The position numbers and the translations under genes were made by a program. 64,000 nt of DNA. Source: a virus (Duplodnaviria > Caudoviricetes). Shown one piece after another: positions 54,012-64,000 of this stretch (positions within the stretch are counted from its first letter, which is position 1; every line of letters begins with the position of its first letter). The DNA is taken from IMG/VR virus record IMGVR_UViG_638276483_000001, positions 46,866 through 110,865 of that record. The stretch is one strand, 5' to 3'. Below the pieces are notes generated by a model. It saw only the letters and a program-made list of their open reading frames with translations. It had not been told where the DNA came from and ran no database searches.

Positions 54012-54860
54012 TCATGCCATTGCCCCCTCGTACTTGTCCACGATATCTTTCGGGATTCGGCCGCGGGCCGAAATCTTGAACCCCTGAGCCTTGGCCCACG
54101 TCCGGATATCCGGCTTGGCCTGCTTGGGCTTCACGCTGGCCTCCAGCTTCGCCAGCAGGCCCGAGACGTCCTCCGGTACCTCTACGGGCTCCAGCTTGGA
54201 CTCCACCAGCGCCCGCAGCTCCACCTTGTAGGTGTCCTGGTGCTTGTCCGGGTTGAACGGTGCGGACAGCTCATCAACGAGCATCGCCGCCACCTTCAAC
54301 TCGGCCTCGGACAGTTCCGGCTTGTTGTCGAGCTTGGGAAAATCCGGCTCGCGAACCTCATCCGGCCACCGCAGCGTCTGCAACGTCAGGACCTCATTCT
54401 TGCCCGTCACACGCAACACTGCCAGGTGCTCCTTGCTCCGCAGGGTCACCCGTACGATGGCGACCTTGTCGGCGTCAGAGAGCGTCCTAGCCAGCAGAGC
54501 GTAGGGCCGCACCGATCCCTCTGCGTTCAGGTAGTAGGGTTTGTCGAGCAGGATCGGATCGACCTCCCCGGCCGGCACGAACTCCACGACGTCAATCACC
54601 TTGTTGTTTTCGCTGGGCAGCTCTGCCAAGTCCTCATCGGTCAGTAGGGCGGTTTGCCCGTCGACCTCGAACACCTTGCCCAGATCGGCCGTGTGGACCT
54701 GCTCCCCACACGTCTCACAGACCTTGTGGTAGCGAATCCGCCCGCCGTCCTGGACGTGCGCCAGATGGCCCTTCAGGTCATGTTCCTCGGTGGCCGCGTA
54801 CATCTTCACCGGCACGTTGACCAACCCAAAGTTGACCGCGCCTGTCCAAACTGCTCGCAT
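54012..54860 (-). CDS. ku: Ku NHEJ end-binding protein with C-terminal Lsr2-type DNA-binding domain
   Basis: MRAVWTGAVNFGLVNVPVKMYAATE, L.WPDEVR, F.PDK..D.Y; tail IRTWAKAQGFKISARGRIP. Confidence 0.95.
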   Translation of the reverse strand: MRAVWTGAVNFGLVNVPVKMYAATEEHDLKGHLAHVQDGGRIRYHKVCETCGEQVHTADLGKVFEVDGQTALLTDEDLAELPSENNKVIDVVEFVPAGEVDPILLDKPYYLNAEGSVRPYALLARTLSDADKVAIVRVTLRSKEHLAVLRVTGKNEVLTLQTLRWPDEVREPDFPKLDNKPELSEAELKVAAMLVDELSAPFNPDKHQDTYKVELRALVESKLEPVEVPEDVSGLLAKLEASVKPKQAKPDIRTWAKAQGFKISARGRIPKDIVDKYEGAMA

Positions 54861-54889
54861 GATTCCTACCCTCTCTCGATTTACCGGTA

Positions 54890-54917
54890 AGTCTACCTAG
54901 TTGCCGCTAGGTGTCAA
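54890..54917 (-). promoter_or_regulatory. SigA promoter for ku
   Basis: TTGACA-16-TAGACT. Confidence 0.75.
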
Positions 54918-56692
54918 TACTTAATTACGTCGACCTCGGTGCCTTCGCTGAACCAAATCTCATCGCCGGATGGATCGTGGAACGCCAACGTTTCCCAGTC
55001 GGGCGTGGTGATGCGCGCGACCTCGAACAACTCCCCGTTGCGCCGGCGTATCACGGCACCGATGGTTACCTCGTCGGCTCTCATGCCACCCACGTCCTCA
55101 TCTCGTATTCCAACTGCCCTTTGGCAATCTCACCCACAGCGTTCAGCGCCAGCATGAGCGTCGGGAACTCTCCCCGGTAGTCCTCACCCACCCATAGATG
55201 GGTTCGGCCGTAGTTGTCGGACCCGAGTACTGCAAGCTCCCCATCGGGGAGGTAGCGCGTCCAGTATTCGTGGAGCGCCTCGGGCTGATCCCACGGTTCC
55301 CAGTGCTGGAGCTCGGTTGCGAGTGCTTTCATGGCGCCCATTAGAGGCCCCACCAATGAGCGCTCAACCGCTGCGCCAACCATTCGGCATAGCCAAGCTG
55401 GGTATCGCCGTTGACGACTTCCTGACGCCAGTCCTCGAGGGGATATTTGGCGGTGTCGTCGCCCTCGCAGTAGACCGGCCACACCTGCTCCGCCGGCCAC
55501 ACCTGCTCAACGGTCAGGTCGGGCGGGTTTTCGGCGATGTACTGCGCGATAGCGTCGGCCTCATCGTTCGCGGCCCATGCGGTATAGGCGTCGGTGTGCT
55601 GGTCGTAGATCTGATAGACCTTCTTGGTTGCGTTCATAATTTCCTCCTAGAAGTCGAATTGATCGGCAATCAGGCCGGCGAGTTGTTCGATGCTGGACAC
55701 TTCCCGGCCGGGGTGTCCAAGATGATTTAGCGCGCCTATCGAGTTCGGCGGGTACTGACCGTTGTCTACGCTGGTGTCGACCAGTTCGATGGAGTCGCCC
55801 GCGCGTCGGAACATAAGGAACGCGAGTGCGTTATCGTCGGCATCCTCAACAAAGATGTACGTGTTACTCGGGATGCCAAACGGGCCACTGGCGCGGACGC
55901 TGTAGTCAGGGAAGTGCGCCGCCAATTCTTCGGCAATAGCGCTCACGATCGCCAGCGGTCCGGTCTCCTGGTACCGCCGCCAAACCTTGCCCGCCCGCTT
56001 GCTTAGGTTCGCCGCCCGCTTATCCAGTCGCGCCCGCGATAGCTCTAGCCGATCCTCGGCGGCGCGGATGGCGGCTAAATCCGCGTCGATACTTGTGCGG
56101 ACCTCAGCCTCTCTGCTTAGTATCTCGTCGAGCGTCACTTGTACTCCTCCGGCGCCTCGTCGTAGAGCGGACCGGTGAGGTAGTCGAGCACCGTTGGGAA
56201 CTCGTCACCGTAGCGGTAGACCTGCTCACCGCCCCAGTAGCCGGCGAGCTTGGCAGAGCCGTTCGACAAGTCTTGGACAATCTCGATGTGCGGACCACCC
56301 GTGCCGATGACTACAGCCAATGGTCGGCCAATCTTGACCTCGACCGACAGCGGCCATTCGCTGATGGGGGATTCATTGCCGTACTCGTCCACGATGGTCG
56401 GCTCATCGAACGAGTCCCGCTCAACCTCCCAGTCTTCCGCTTCACCGACGATCACCGCTCGATGCTCGGCGGTGTCATAGACGGAATCCAGCGCGTCCGA
56501 CTCAGTCGCTCCGCAGACGGTAACGACGTTGCCCTCGCTGTCGATGACGGTCCAGCGATTGCCGTACTCGCCCGACTCGATCTGTCGCGCGTATTCGCGG
56601 ATGGTCTCGGCGGCGCTCTCCACGTAGCCGGTGAGCATGTCCCTGGTCGATTCGCTCATTGTCCCTAACTTTCTGTCGGTTGGTATGCGTTA

Positions 56693-56721
56693 AGTCTATG
56701 TCAGTGTGGGTTAGGTGTCAA
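56693..56721 (-). promoter_or_regulatory. SigA promoter
   Basis: TTGACA-17-TAGACT. Confidence 0.8.
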
Positions 56722-56724
56722 CAC

Positions 56725-57018
56725 CTAGACAAGATTGAATTTCAGCTCTTGCCCATTGACGCTCACCACGAGCTCGGCAGAGCCGCCGGCCGCATTGATG
56801 AACGCTGCCAGTCTGGACACCAGAAAGTCCTTACGGCGCTCCATTTGGCGCACCGTAGACGCAATCTCCGGCCCGCCGCGGTATCCCCAAGCCTTACCTA
56901 GTTCGTACGGCGTGAGGCCGGCAGCCTCACGTATTTGTGTCAAGTTGACGTGTTCGGCCGATACATAGGTGTCGGTGAAAAACTCTTGCTCGGTATCCAT
57001 ACCTAGAGTGTAGGTCAC
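56725..57018 (-). CDS. XRE-family HTH protein
   Basis: LTQIREAAGLT..ELGK.WG.....STVRQMERRKD..VS.L..FI.A.GG. Confidence 0.75.
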   Translation of the reverse strand: MTYTLGMDTEQEFFTDTYVSAEHVNLTQIREAAGLTPYELGKAWGYRGGPEIASTVRQMERRKDFLVSRLAAFINAAGGSAELVVSVNGQELKFNLV

Positions 57019-59280
57019 GACTCAACCTCGAGCGATGCCATGGCGAATAGATATGGCGACATGAACGTACCTGGGTCTGTGACGTTGCGCAGTGTCGCGA
57101 CGATGGGCCAACCAACACGGTCGAACCAATGGTCGAACGTCTCGCCATCCTCGTATGACGTGACGATTTCAAACGTGATATTCGGCTCGTCGCCGCCATA
57201 CTCCAGCTCATAGACCTCGCCGCGGGCACCAATGCAGCCTTGCAGTCTGGCCACGATTGCGTCCGCTACCGCGCGCGTGAGCCACCCATCAGCGTCGACA
57301 TGGGCAGACCAATGGTCGGGCATGGCCTTGTCGACGAAGTAGCTAGATGTCGCTACATACTGGCGTGGGCCGTTGAACTCCGCATGGAACGCCAATGGCT
57401 CAACCCATACGATGATGGCTTGACGCTCTTCTGTGTCTACCTCTAGGTAGCAGTTGGCCTCATCGTCCAACGGTTCGCCCAGGTCCGCGAAAGCAGAAAC
57501 GAGAGTGTCGGCTGTAGCGCTCATCGCTGGACCTCCACCTTCTTGAGGGCGTCACGGAATCGGTACTCGTCGCAGGTGTTAACCGTGCGGACGTCCGCGG
57601 GTGACATGAAGTCGCCGGGTCCGCTGTCCAGCTCCACCCACACGTAACCGCTGGTCGGATGAATATAGGTTGCCCATCCGGTATTTTCCGGATCGTTGTA
57701 CACAAAGACTGCGTAGTAGATGTCCATCGCTCTTAACTCTCTTGGCTGGGGAGTGGTGCGACTCCCAGTGTGGCAGCGTGCTCGACTGCGTGGGCAATGC
57801 TCATCGGATCAGACACTTGGATGTCCGACACCCTGTTGGGCAGTATGGTCCGTTTGACCACGATGCCGGCATGGTTCGCCAGGTAGACTGTATAAGAGTC
57901 TCCCAGTAGTTCGTGCATCATGGCTTTGCCACCTGCTCGATCCATGCGTGGATACCGTGACTGCGTAGATCATCCAAGATCTCATCGCCGCGCGGTGCCA
58001 CATCCCAGTGGTCAAAATCCTCGATAAAGCTATCGGCCACCGTTTCCAGCGCTTCGCCGTAGGAGTTGTGCAGGGTGACCGCCGGGGGATGGGCGTACCC
58101 ATCGGCTTCATGATCAACGATAAGCACCCAGTAGAAATCGCTCACTGGTAAATCCTCTCCTTGTGCATTTACGAGTCTTGCACGACGTAGTAACGCTGAT
58201 TGGGGTAGCGACCGCGCCACATGTTCACCTGTTCGCGCAATTCCTCCCAGGTGGTTGTTTCGCGCGTGTGAGTAGTAGTGCTCTCGCTAGTGCGTAGCGT
58301 TTCCTCATGTCCGCGCTCGGATACCACGATGGTTGCGCCGTTCTCGAACGCGCGCTTGGCCTCGTAGTAGGTCACTCGCACGGCAGTTGGGTAGTCGCGC
58401 GCCACCACAGCCACGCCGTAGTCCTGCAATTCTCTGTTGAGCTTCTGGACGTCCAGCGGCTTGTAGCCGTGCGCTAGCGTCACGGTGACGGTCCGCCGAC
58501 CCTTGCCGCAATGGTCATCATCGGTAAGCTTGACGGGTCCGCGCTCGTAACTGGTAATCACTGTCGACCCCTTAGCGTGTGGTGCGCCGCGTCTAGCTCG
58601 CCGGCAAACTTCATGGCGCGCTTGCGGTTCATCGGGCCGGCCACCTTGACCTCTGACGTTTGCGTTGGATAGATGGTCCGTTTCATCACGTTGCCCGTAC
58701 GGTCTGCCAGATAGACCGTGTAGGAGTCTCCCAGTAGTTCATGCATCATTGGTCCGGGTCTCCATCCCATAGCGTCGTCTCGTTCAGGTTGACGCGCATG
58801 CGTCCAGTGAGTGTGTTTGTATCGATCTGCACCACAGGGACGCCGTCGTGACCCATCCACACATTTACGGCGATGATGGGAAAATCGGCTCGCGCGTCGG
58901 CCGTGTTAAGCTCGCGCTGGTACTCGATGGTTACCGGGTCTTCATCATCGTGCGGCCCCGTCAAATGCACGCTCACTGGTAGATCCTCCCCGTGTCCATG
59001 AGGTACTCGGACCACGACTGGAGGCCGGCGCGCATCTCTGCGGCCATCTCGCGTGCGTCCAGCTCATCGCGCAAGTCGCGCGGCGTGGGTTGACGCTTCT
59101 GGTATCGGATAGCTGCCTTGCTCATTGTCACTTACCCTTCCGAATCTCGGTTACGCGTTGCTTGACGTACTGCATAGCGCCGGCGATTTCCCTGCGGACC
59201 TCGACCGGAGCATCTTCATAGGTTTCGTAACCCATGTCTCGCGCTAGTTGGTTGGCTTGTTCTGTGATGCTCATATCTAG

Positions 59281-59309
59281 AGTCTAATCCCGATAGAGCT
59301 ATGTGTCAA
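59281..59309 (-). promoter_or_regulatory. SigA promoter, leaderless transcript
   Basis: TTGACA-17-TAGACT-6 nt-ATG (59274). Confidence 0.8.
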
Positions 59310-59581
59310 TACCTAGAAGCTAGATTTCAGTATCTTCTCCATGCGGTTGGCCATGGGCATGTTGTCCCGATGGAACCATAGACCACGCCAGCGCGAGTCT
59401 AGATCCATCACCACATACCCCAGGCGCCGCGCGATAGACGCTGCCAGCTCTGCATTGCCCATGATGCACGGATGTCTGGACGCGTCCGACAGGAAATCCT
59501 GTATCCGGTAGACCTCACTAGCCGGCGCGCTAGCGATACGCGCGCGGAACTCCGCATCGGTACCGGAGAGTTCGGGAACGA

Positions 59582-59935
59582 TCATCGCACGTGCACCACG
59601 AGGGCCGCACCGTACGGGTTGCTACCCACACAACGCTTCACTCCGGAGTGATAGACACCGTAGTTATCGACCACCCAAGCGTTCGGATCGCATGTCATGG
59701 TGTAGACGCGTCCGGTCACAGGACTGTAGGCCTGTACCGACATTCCTGACTGGCTGTACCAAGCGACAGCTACGTTGTCCGCGAATGCGCACGACGTGTC
59801 AGCGGATGCTACGGCACTTCTGCCCGACGGGCAGATAGACACCGACTCCGCAGCATTAGCTTGCGGCGATAGACCGATGGCGCCACCGATGATGACGGAC
59901 GCGATACCGAGTGATGCGATACCAAGCTTGCTCAT
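59582..59935 (-). CDS. Secreted Cys-containing protein
   Basis: Signal peptide ending QANA; TSCAFADNV...AYSPVTGRVYTMTC. Confidence 0.7.
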   Translation of the reverse strand: MSKLGIASLGIASVIIGGAIGLSPQANAAESVSICPSGRSAVASADTSCAFADNVAVAWYSQSGMSVQAYSPVTGRVYTMTCDPNAWVVDNYGVYHSGVKRCVGSNPYGAALVVHVR

Positions 59936-61446
59936 TGTTCTACTTCTCTCTCGTGTTGTACCCGTTGCCGCGGGTTAGGTTCGGCTGGACAGTTCGGCCG
60001 CGAAAGCTTCTGCCTTATCGCGGATGAATCGGTTTGGGTTGAGTGTCGCGCGGTAGTTCTCCAGCCACGCTTCGAGCTGGCTAGAGGACAGTTCTTTAGC
60101 GACTATGCGCCACGTGACGCTCATCGCTTACTCACTACGTAGTGATCTGTTGGTTGAGTAAGCGGGTTGACGTATGCCACCCCGATACCCAATGCCATGG
60201 CAATAGGGATGGCGATTGTGGTCAACGTGGCTATGGCATAGCGGTTCATCGGATTGCCCGATGAACGTTCATCGTGAGCATAGTTCCCATACTCTTGGCG
60301 AAGTCGCGCGCGGCGGCGATCAACTCTCGCTCATCGAGGGACGAGATGACCGTTTCATGTAGGCGCGCGAGCCACGCGCTACCCTCTGGAGTGAGTCGGG
60401 TAGGTTCGGTCATCGTCTCGTTGTGCGCGCAGATCACCTTGCCCGCCGAGAATAGCTCATCCCAGTAGTCATTCAGCAGTTGCTCTACGTTCTCTCGTTT
60501 GAGAATGTCCAGCGCTGCATACTCTGTGAGCGTGACGTGTGACCAATCGGCGCGATAGATGGTTGTCATTGTCCCGTTCCCTTGCTAGGCGATTACAAAC
60601 CGCGCAACCACGTCACTACTGTTGTCGGTTGCGTAAAGCTTGTCGGCCGCACGTTCCGCAGCGGACAACGTTGCGTAGGTCTTGATAGCGTCTGCCAATG
60701 TGTAGTTACTATCGCCGCGCCAATGCGCAATGATGGCATGCCCGGTAATCGCATGGACTGGACCCTTGCAACCCTTGCACTTGGCACGCTTACCTTGGTT
60801 GAACGTTCTGCACTGCACCGTGACGTTACGGTCGTACCCGTAGAGGCACTGATAGATGGTTGCCGGCGCAACAACTTGCGTGCTCATGCGATCAACATCC
60901 CTTTACCATTGTCGTGCAATTCATCGGCGGAACCGTAGCTGTCAGCAATGCGGGTGAGGTATTCTCCCAACTCACCCAAACCACGGTCCCAGAATCCTGC
61001 ACCATGATGCTCGCGGGTGAGATAGAAGTCATAGCCAAATGCGCTAGACCATTCGCTACCCTCCCAATCCAGTCGAACGTTGCGCGCATTGAGGTACATC
61101 CGTACGGCTAGCGGATGCTGCGCCACTACCTCAGACAGTTCCGCCCGCACGTGTTCGACGTACTCCGGCGAGATATCCTCGAGTGAGTAGTTCTCATCGT
61201 AGTGAACGGGTTCGCTATCCTCGTCGCGGTAGTCCAGACCTGCCCACAATTGAGCCTCGAGGTATCCGGCAACCATAGCGTCAATGTCCGCGCCGCTAAG
61301 TTCGATGCTGCGCGCGTAGTCCTCACGATCAACGGTGTACATTGTCCTCATCCTGTCTAGTGGTAGGTGATGCCGATGCCAGCGATTACCCAACCAATCG
61401 GGATAACCGAGATGAGTAGGTAAATCGCTGTGATATTCATGTCTCT

Positions 61447-61475
61447 ATTATGCGCCTATCGTGGCTAGGTGTCAA
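61447..61475 (-). promoter_or_regulatory. SigA promoter, leaderless transcript
   Basis: TTGACA-17-CATAAT-6 nt-ATG (61440). Confidence 0.8.
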
Positions 61476-61499
61476 TACCTATTTGGGTCAGTTGCCGGC

Positions 61500-61515
61500 T
61501 CGAACGCTTGTTCGA
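61500..61515. promoter_or_regulatory. LexA (SOS) box
   Basis: TCGAAC-GCTT-GTTCGA, perfect actinobacterial consensus. Confidence 0.75.
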
Positions 61516-62650
61516 ACACTTTCGCAGTCCCTTGCGCTGGTATGGATGGCATACGCTACCGTTCCGCACGCTGCAATGAGCTGTACCACGGACTGGTGTT
61601 CGCTGTCGCTGGACGCGAACAAGCGTGCCCGCTCTGCCGTCTGTCGCGCACTCAACGTGTAGCCGATCTTGCGCTCCGACTCGGCGCGGTCGAGTAACCC
61701 TTGCGCGCGCCGGATCAGTCGGCCGAATTGCTCGCTCATCGTTCCCACCTACGGCGGTAGCGGTCTACTGCGGTCCCGTTGACGCGCGCCGACATGATTG
61801 CGGGCAACGGTTTGCGGATACCACGCCGCTCGAGTTCGGTTCCCAGCTCGCAACCGCGACCGTACGCAACGTCCATGTCTGCCCTGTCCCAAAGTTCCGC
61901 GCGAACCTCGATATCGTATGGCGCGTCCGTTGCCAACCGAATCAAATCTGCATCACTGTAGCTGTCGAACATTGTCCCTATCCCTTCAACTGTCCGTATG
62001 CCCAATGATGAGCACCGTACTTGTCGGTTGTCATGTATCGACTCACACCGTAAGCCGATTCATCTTTGCGCACGATGGTCAATCGTTCCGCCCAATTGGC
62101 ACCGACCGCATGGAGTCCATCGATACCGTTGGCGAACGTCTGCCCGATCATGACAGCACCCAAACGATCAGTGCGAGCATTGCCCAAGCTGATGTTGTCC
62201 ATTGTTCCGACTCTCTCTCGTGTGTTGCCGCTGGACAGAATTTTCAGGACTCGATGGTTTCGAGGTAGAACGTCACGAACTCCGCTGCCTCGCTGGCAAA
62301 GCAATCGTTCATCTCGAAAAGGATGCGCCCGCCCGACGTGATCGTGAGGCCTGCGTAGCCTGCCTCGTTGACGTTGAGTTCGACGCTGTAGCCGCCCGCG
62401 CCGACGTAGATTGCCAAATCTTCTGCTGCCCACAGTTCGGTCTCACGCGAGCCTTCATCTCCGACGTACTCAACCCGCACGTACTCGTTGCCGTAGTGGT
62501 CAGCCTCGAGGATTTCGATGACCGTGAACAGGTCCACCATTCGGCGATCGACGCCCACGGGCGAGCCGACCTTATCGCCAATCCGGTACTCGTTGTGGTT
62601 TGCGTCGAAAACGGTCATTGGAGTTTCCTTCCGTGTGGGCTGATACTTCA

Positions 62651-62679
62651 ATTATGCGCTCATCGTGGCTAGGTGTCAA
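62651..62679 (-). promoter_or_regulatory. SigA promoter
   Basis: TTGACA-17-CATAAT. Confidence 0.8.
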
Positions 62680-62713
62680 TACCTAAATGTCCCACGAGAT
62701 CGCCGGGGCCGGC

Positions 62714-62729
62714 TCGAACATCCGTTCGA
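62714..62729. promoter_or_regulatory. LexA (SOS) box
   Basis: TCGAAC-ATCC-GTTCGA, perfect consensus. Confidence 0.75.
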
Positions 62730-62745
62730 ACGATTCGAAACGCAT

Positions 62746-62782
62746 AAAAAAGGGCAACCGGACATTGCTGCCCGGTTGCCCT
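62746..62782 (-). terminator. Intrinsic terminator
   Basis: AGGGCAACCGG/CCGGTTGCCCT stem followed by a T run on the minus strand. Confidence 0.85.
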
Positions 62783-62809
62783 ACTGCCCTCAGAATTCGT
62801 GCTCCATTG

Positions 62810-63022
62810 TCACCTCCCCAACTCATCGATGTGGATGCAACCCACACGGTCTGGTCCGAACCGTGGCGCGTACCCTAGTACCTCGTCTTCATTGCACGGA
62901 AACTCTGATTGCGGCATCCCTCGGTCGTCCGCTAGAGCTGGCGCGGCAAGCGTCAACAGTGCGACGATGGGCACGATGGCGATACCTTCGGTTGCTTTGT
63001 TGATCAGTGCTGCAATGTCCAT
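62810..63022 (-). CDS. Small secreted protein
   Basis: Signal peptide ending APALA; PCNEDE...GCIH. Confidence 0.6.
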   Translation of the reverse strand: MDIAALINKATEGIAIVPIVALLTLAAPALADDRGMPQSEFPCNEDEVLGYAPRFGPDRVGCIHIDELGR

Positions 63023-63590
63023 TGTCCCTGTTCCTTTGCTCTCGATTAAGCGTTGACTGCGTTGCGGATGATGGTTTCTGCGTTCTGCCACGTGCCTGCG
63101 TCGTAAGTGTTGAGGCGAACTGCTTCACCTACCTCATCGATCAGACCCCAATCGTCGCGTTCGATGGCCACCATTACCACATTCAAACCCATGGCGTCAT
63201 ACACATAGAACCGTTGACCCTTGCTGGCATCTTCAGCGATAACGTCGTACCGCCGTGCTGTCATGTGCTTGTAGGTGGCGCGAGTCCAGCGGGAGAGAGT
63301 GATCATTTTCGAGGTTTCCTTTCTGTGGTGGTTAGAGACCGGACTTCATGTCTTCTGGGAGCGCATACTTGCCCGTAGTGAAGGGCCATAGGGCATTCTG
63401 CAGATTGTTGTAGGCCTCCCGACGTTCGAGGTCAATCGGACTACCGGTAATGTGCGCGGCGGCCGAATGCTTGGCCATCACTGCTTCATAAGCGGCCATC
63501 GCCTTGCGCAGGCGATTGACGGCGCGAGCCTCGGCGCGATCAGACATAGCGGTAGCCTTTCGGTCGGAAGCGGAAACGATCATAGCCTTA

Positions 63591-63619
63591 AGGCTACGCT
63601 CACATGCCATATGTGTCAA
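63591..63619 (-). promoter_or_regulatory. SigA promoter (outermost)
   Basis: TTGACA-17-TAGCCT. Confidence 0.75.
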
Positions 63620-63917
63620 CACATACTCGCATGCCATGCGTACTCGATACGCACACTGCTAACTGTTGCAAGCGCGCTGCTAGCATGGCATCAAACAGTT
63701 CGACGTCAATGCAACGCGTTGACCAGCGGAAACGACGAACACGCAGTGCCCTATGTGACCGTACCCGCCGATAGGGTCCCGTCGCTCCACGTGGCTCTCA
63801 GGCGGTCGCAATCGCCATGCCACGCGCGCCCGCAGTGCTAGCAGCCCGCACGTCAGCTAATCCTTGCAAACGCAAAACCGCAGGTCAAAGGGCCGCCGGC
63901 CGAGCTGTGGCAAACAT

Positions 63918-63981
63918 TCGCACACGCGTTCGAACACTCGCACACATGTTCGATGGGGGGGCGGGTCGAAAGTATGTTCGA
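63918..63981. promoter_or_regulatory. Three tandem LexA-box-like sites
   Basis: TCGCAC-ACGC-GTTCGA (63918), TCGCAC-ACAT-GTTCGA (63938), TCGAAA-GTAT-GTTCGA (63966); one mismatch each. Confidence 0.65.
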
Positions 63982-63996
63982 CCGCCGGCGGCTGAC

Positions 63997-64000
63997 ATCC
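63997..64000 (+). other. Probable right genome terminus (4-base 3' overhang ATCC)
   Basis: Window ends in ATCC after about 360 bp of non-coding DNA; matches my recollection of cluster J ends. Confidence 0.6.

Larger units (their letters stand above)
54920..63640 (-). other. Right-end leftward region of about 25 small genes (e.g. 55341-55637, 55647-56138, 56135-56659, 57015-57524, 58169-58561, 59128-59274, 60246-60569, 60884-61342, 61357-61440, 62244-62618, 63046-63306)
   Basis: Tightly packed minus-strand ORFs behind strong promoters; probable early genes (inference). Confidence 0.75.

Noticed and set aside
57121-57136. LexA-like site TCGAAC-CAAT-GGTCGA
   Set aside because: One mismatch, mid-CDS and away from promoters; plausible by chance

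Overview
This window reads as the central part and right arm of a large temperate mycobacteriophage genome, apparently ending at the physical right terminus (...GACATCC). The gene set (Lsr2, tyrosine integrase with a tRNA-Leu attP, Pnkp, RNA ligase, WhiB, FtsK, Ku) matches my recollection of Omega-like cluster J phages; no search was run. Layout: leftward small genes and Xis (1-6.4 kb); Int/attP (6.5-8 kb); repressor/Cro switch (~12.2-13.1 kb); a long rightward DNA/RNA/nucleotide-metabolism region (13-51.5 kb); and a leftward region with FtsK, Ku and many small genes behind six near-consensus SigA promoters (51.5-64 kb). The strongest unexplained signals are: (1) four large non-coding, highly structured RNA-like loci holding several aberrant tRNA-like elements (no anticodon arm, a GNRA-capped arm, inserted arms, an 8-nt anticodon loop), alongside a Pnkp/Rnl RNA-repair pair; (2) five LexA (SOS) boxes, three of them in the last 83 bp; (3) three genes that appear to start at ATA/ATT; (4) a split, overprinted, frameshifted multi-module C5 methyltransferase; (5) a Ku-Lsr2 fusion. 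All product calls come from motif reading by eye, and RNA structures were paired by hand.
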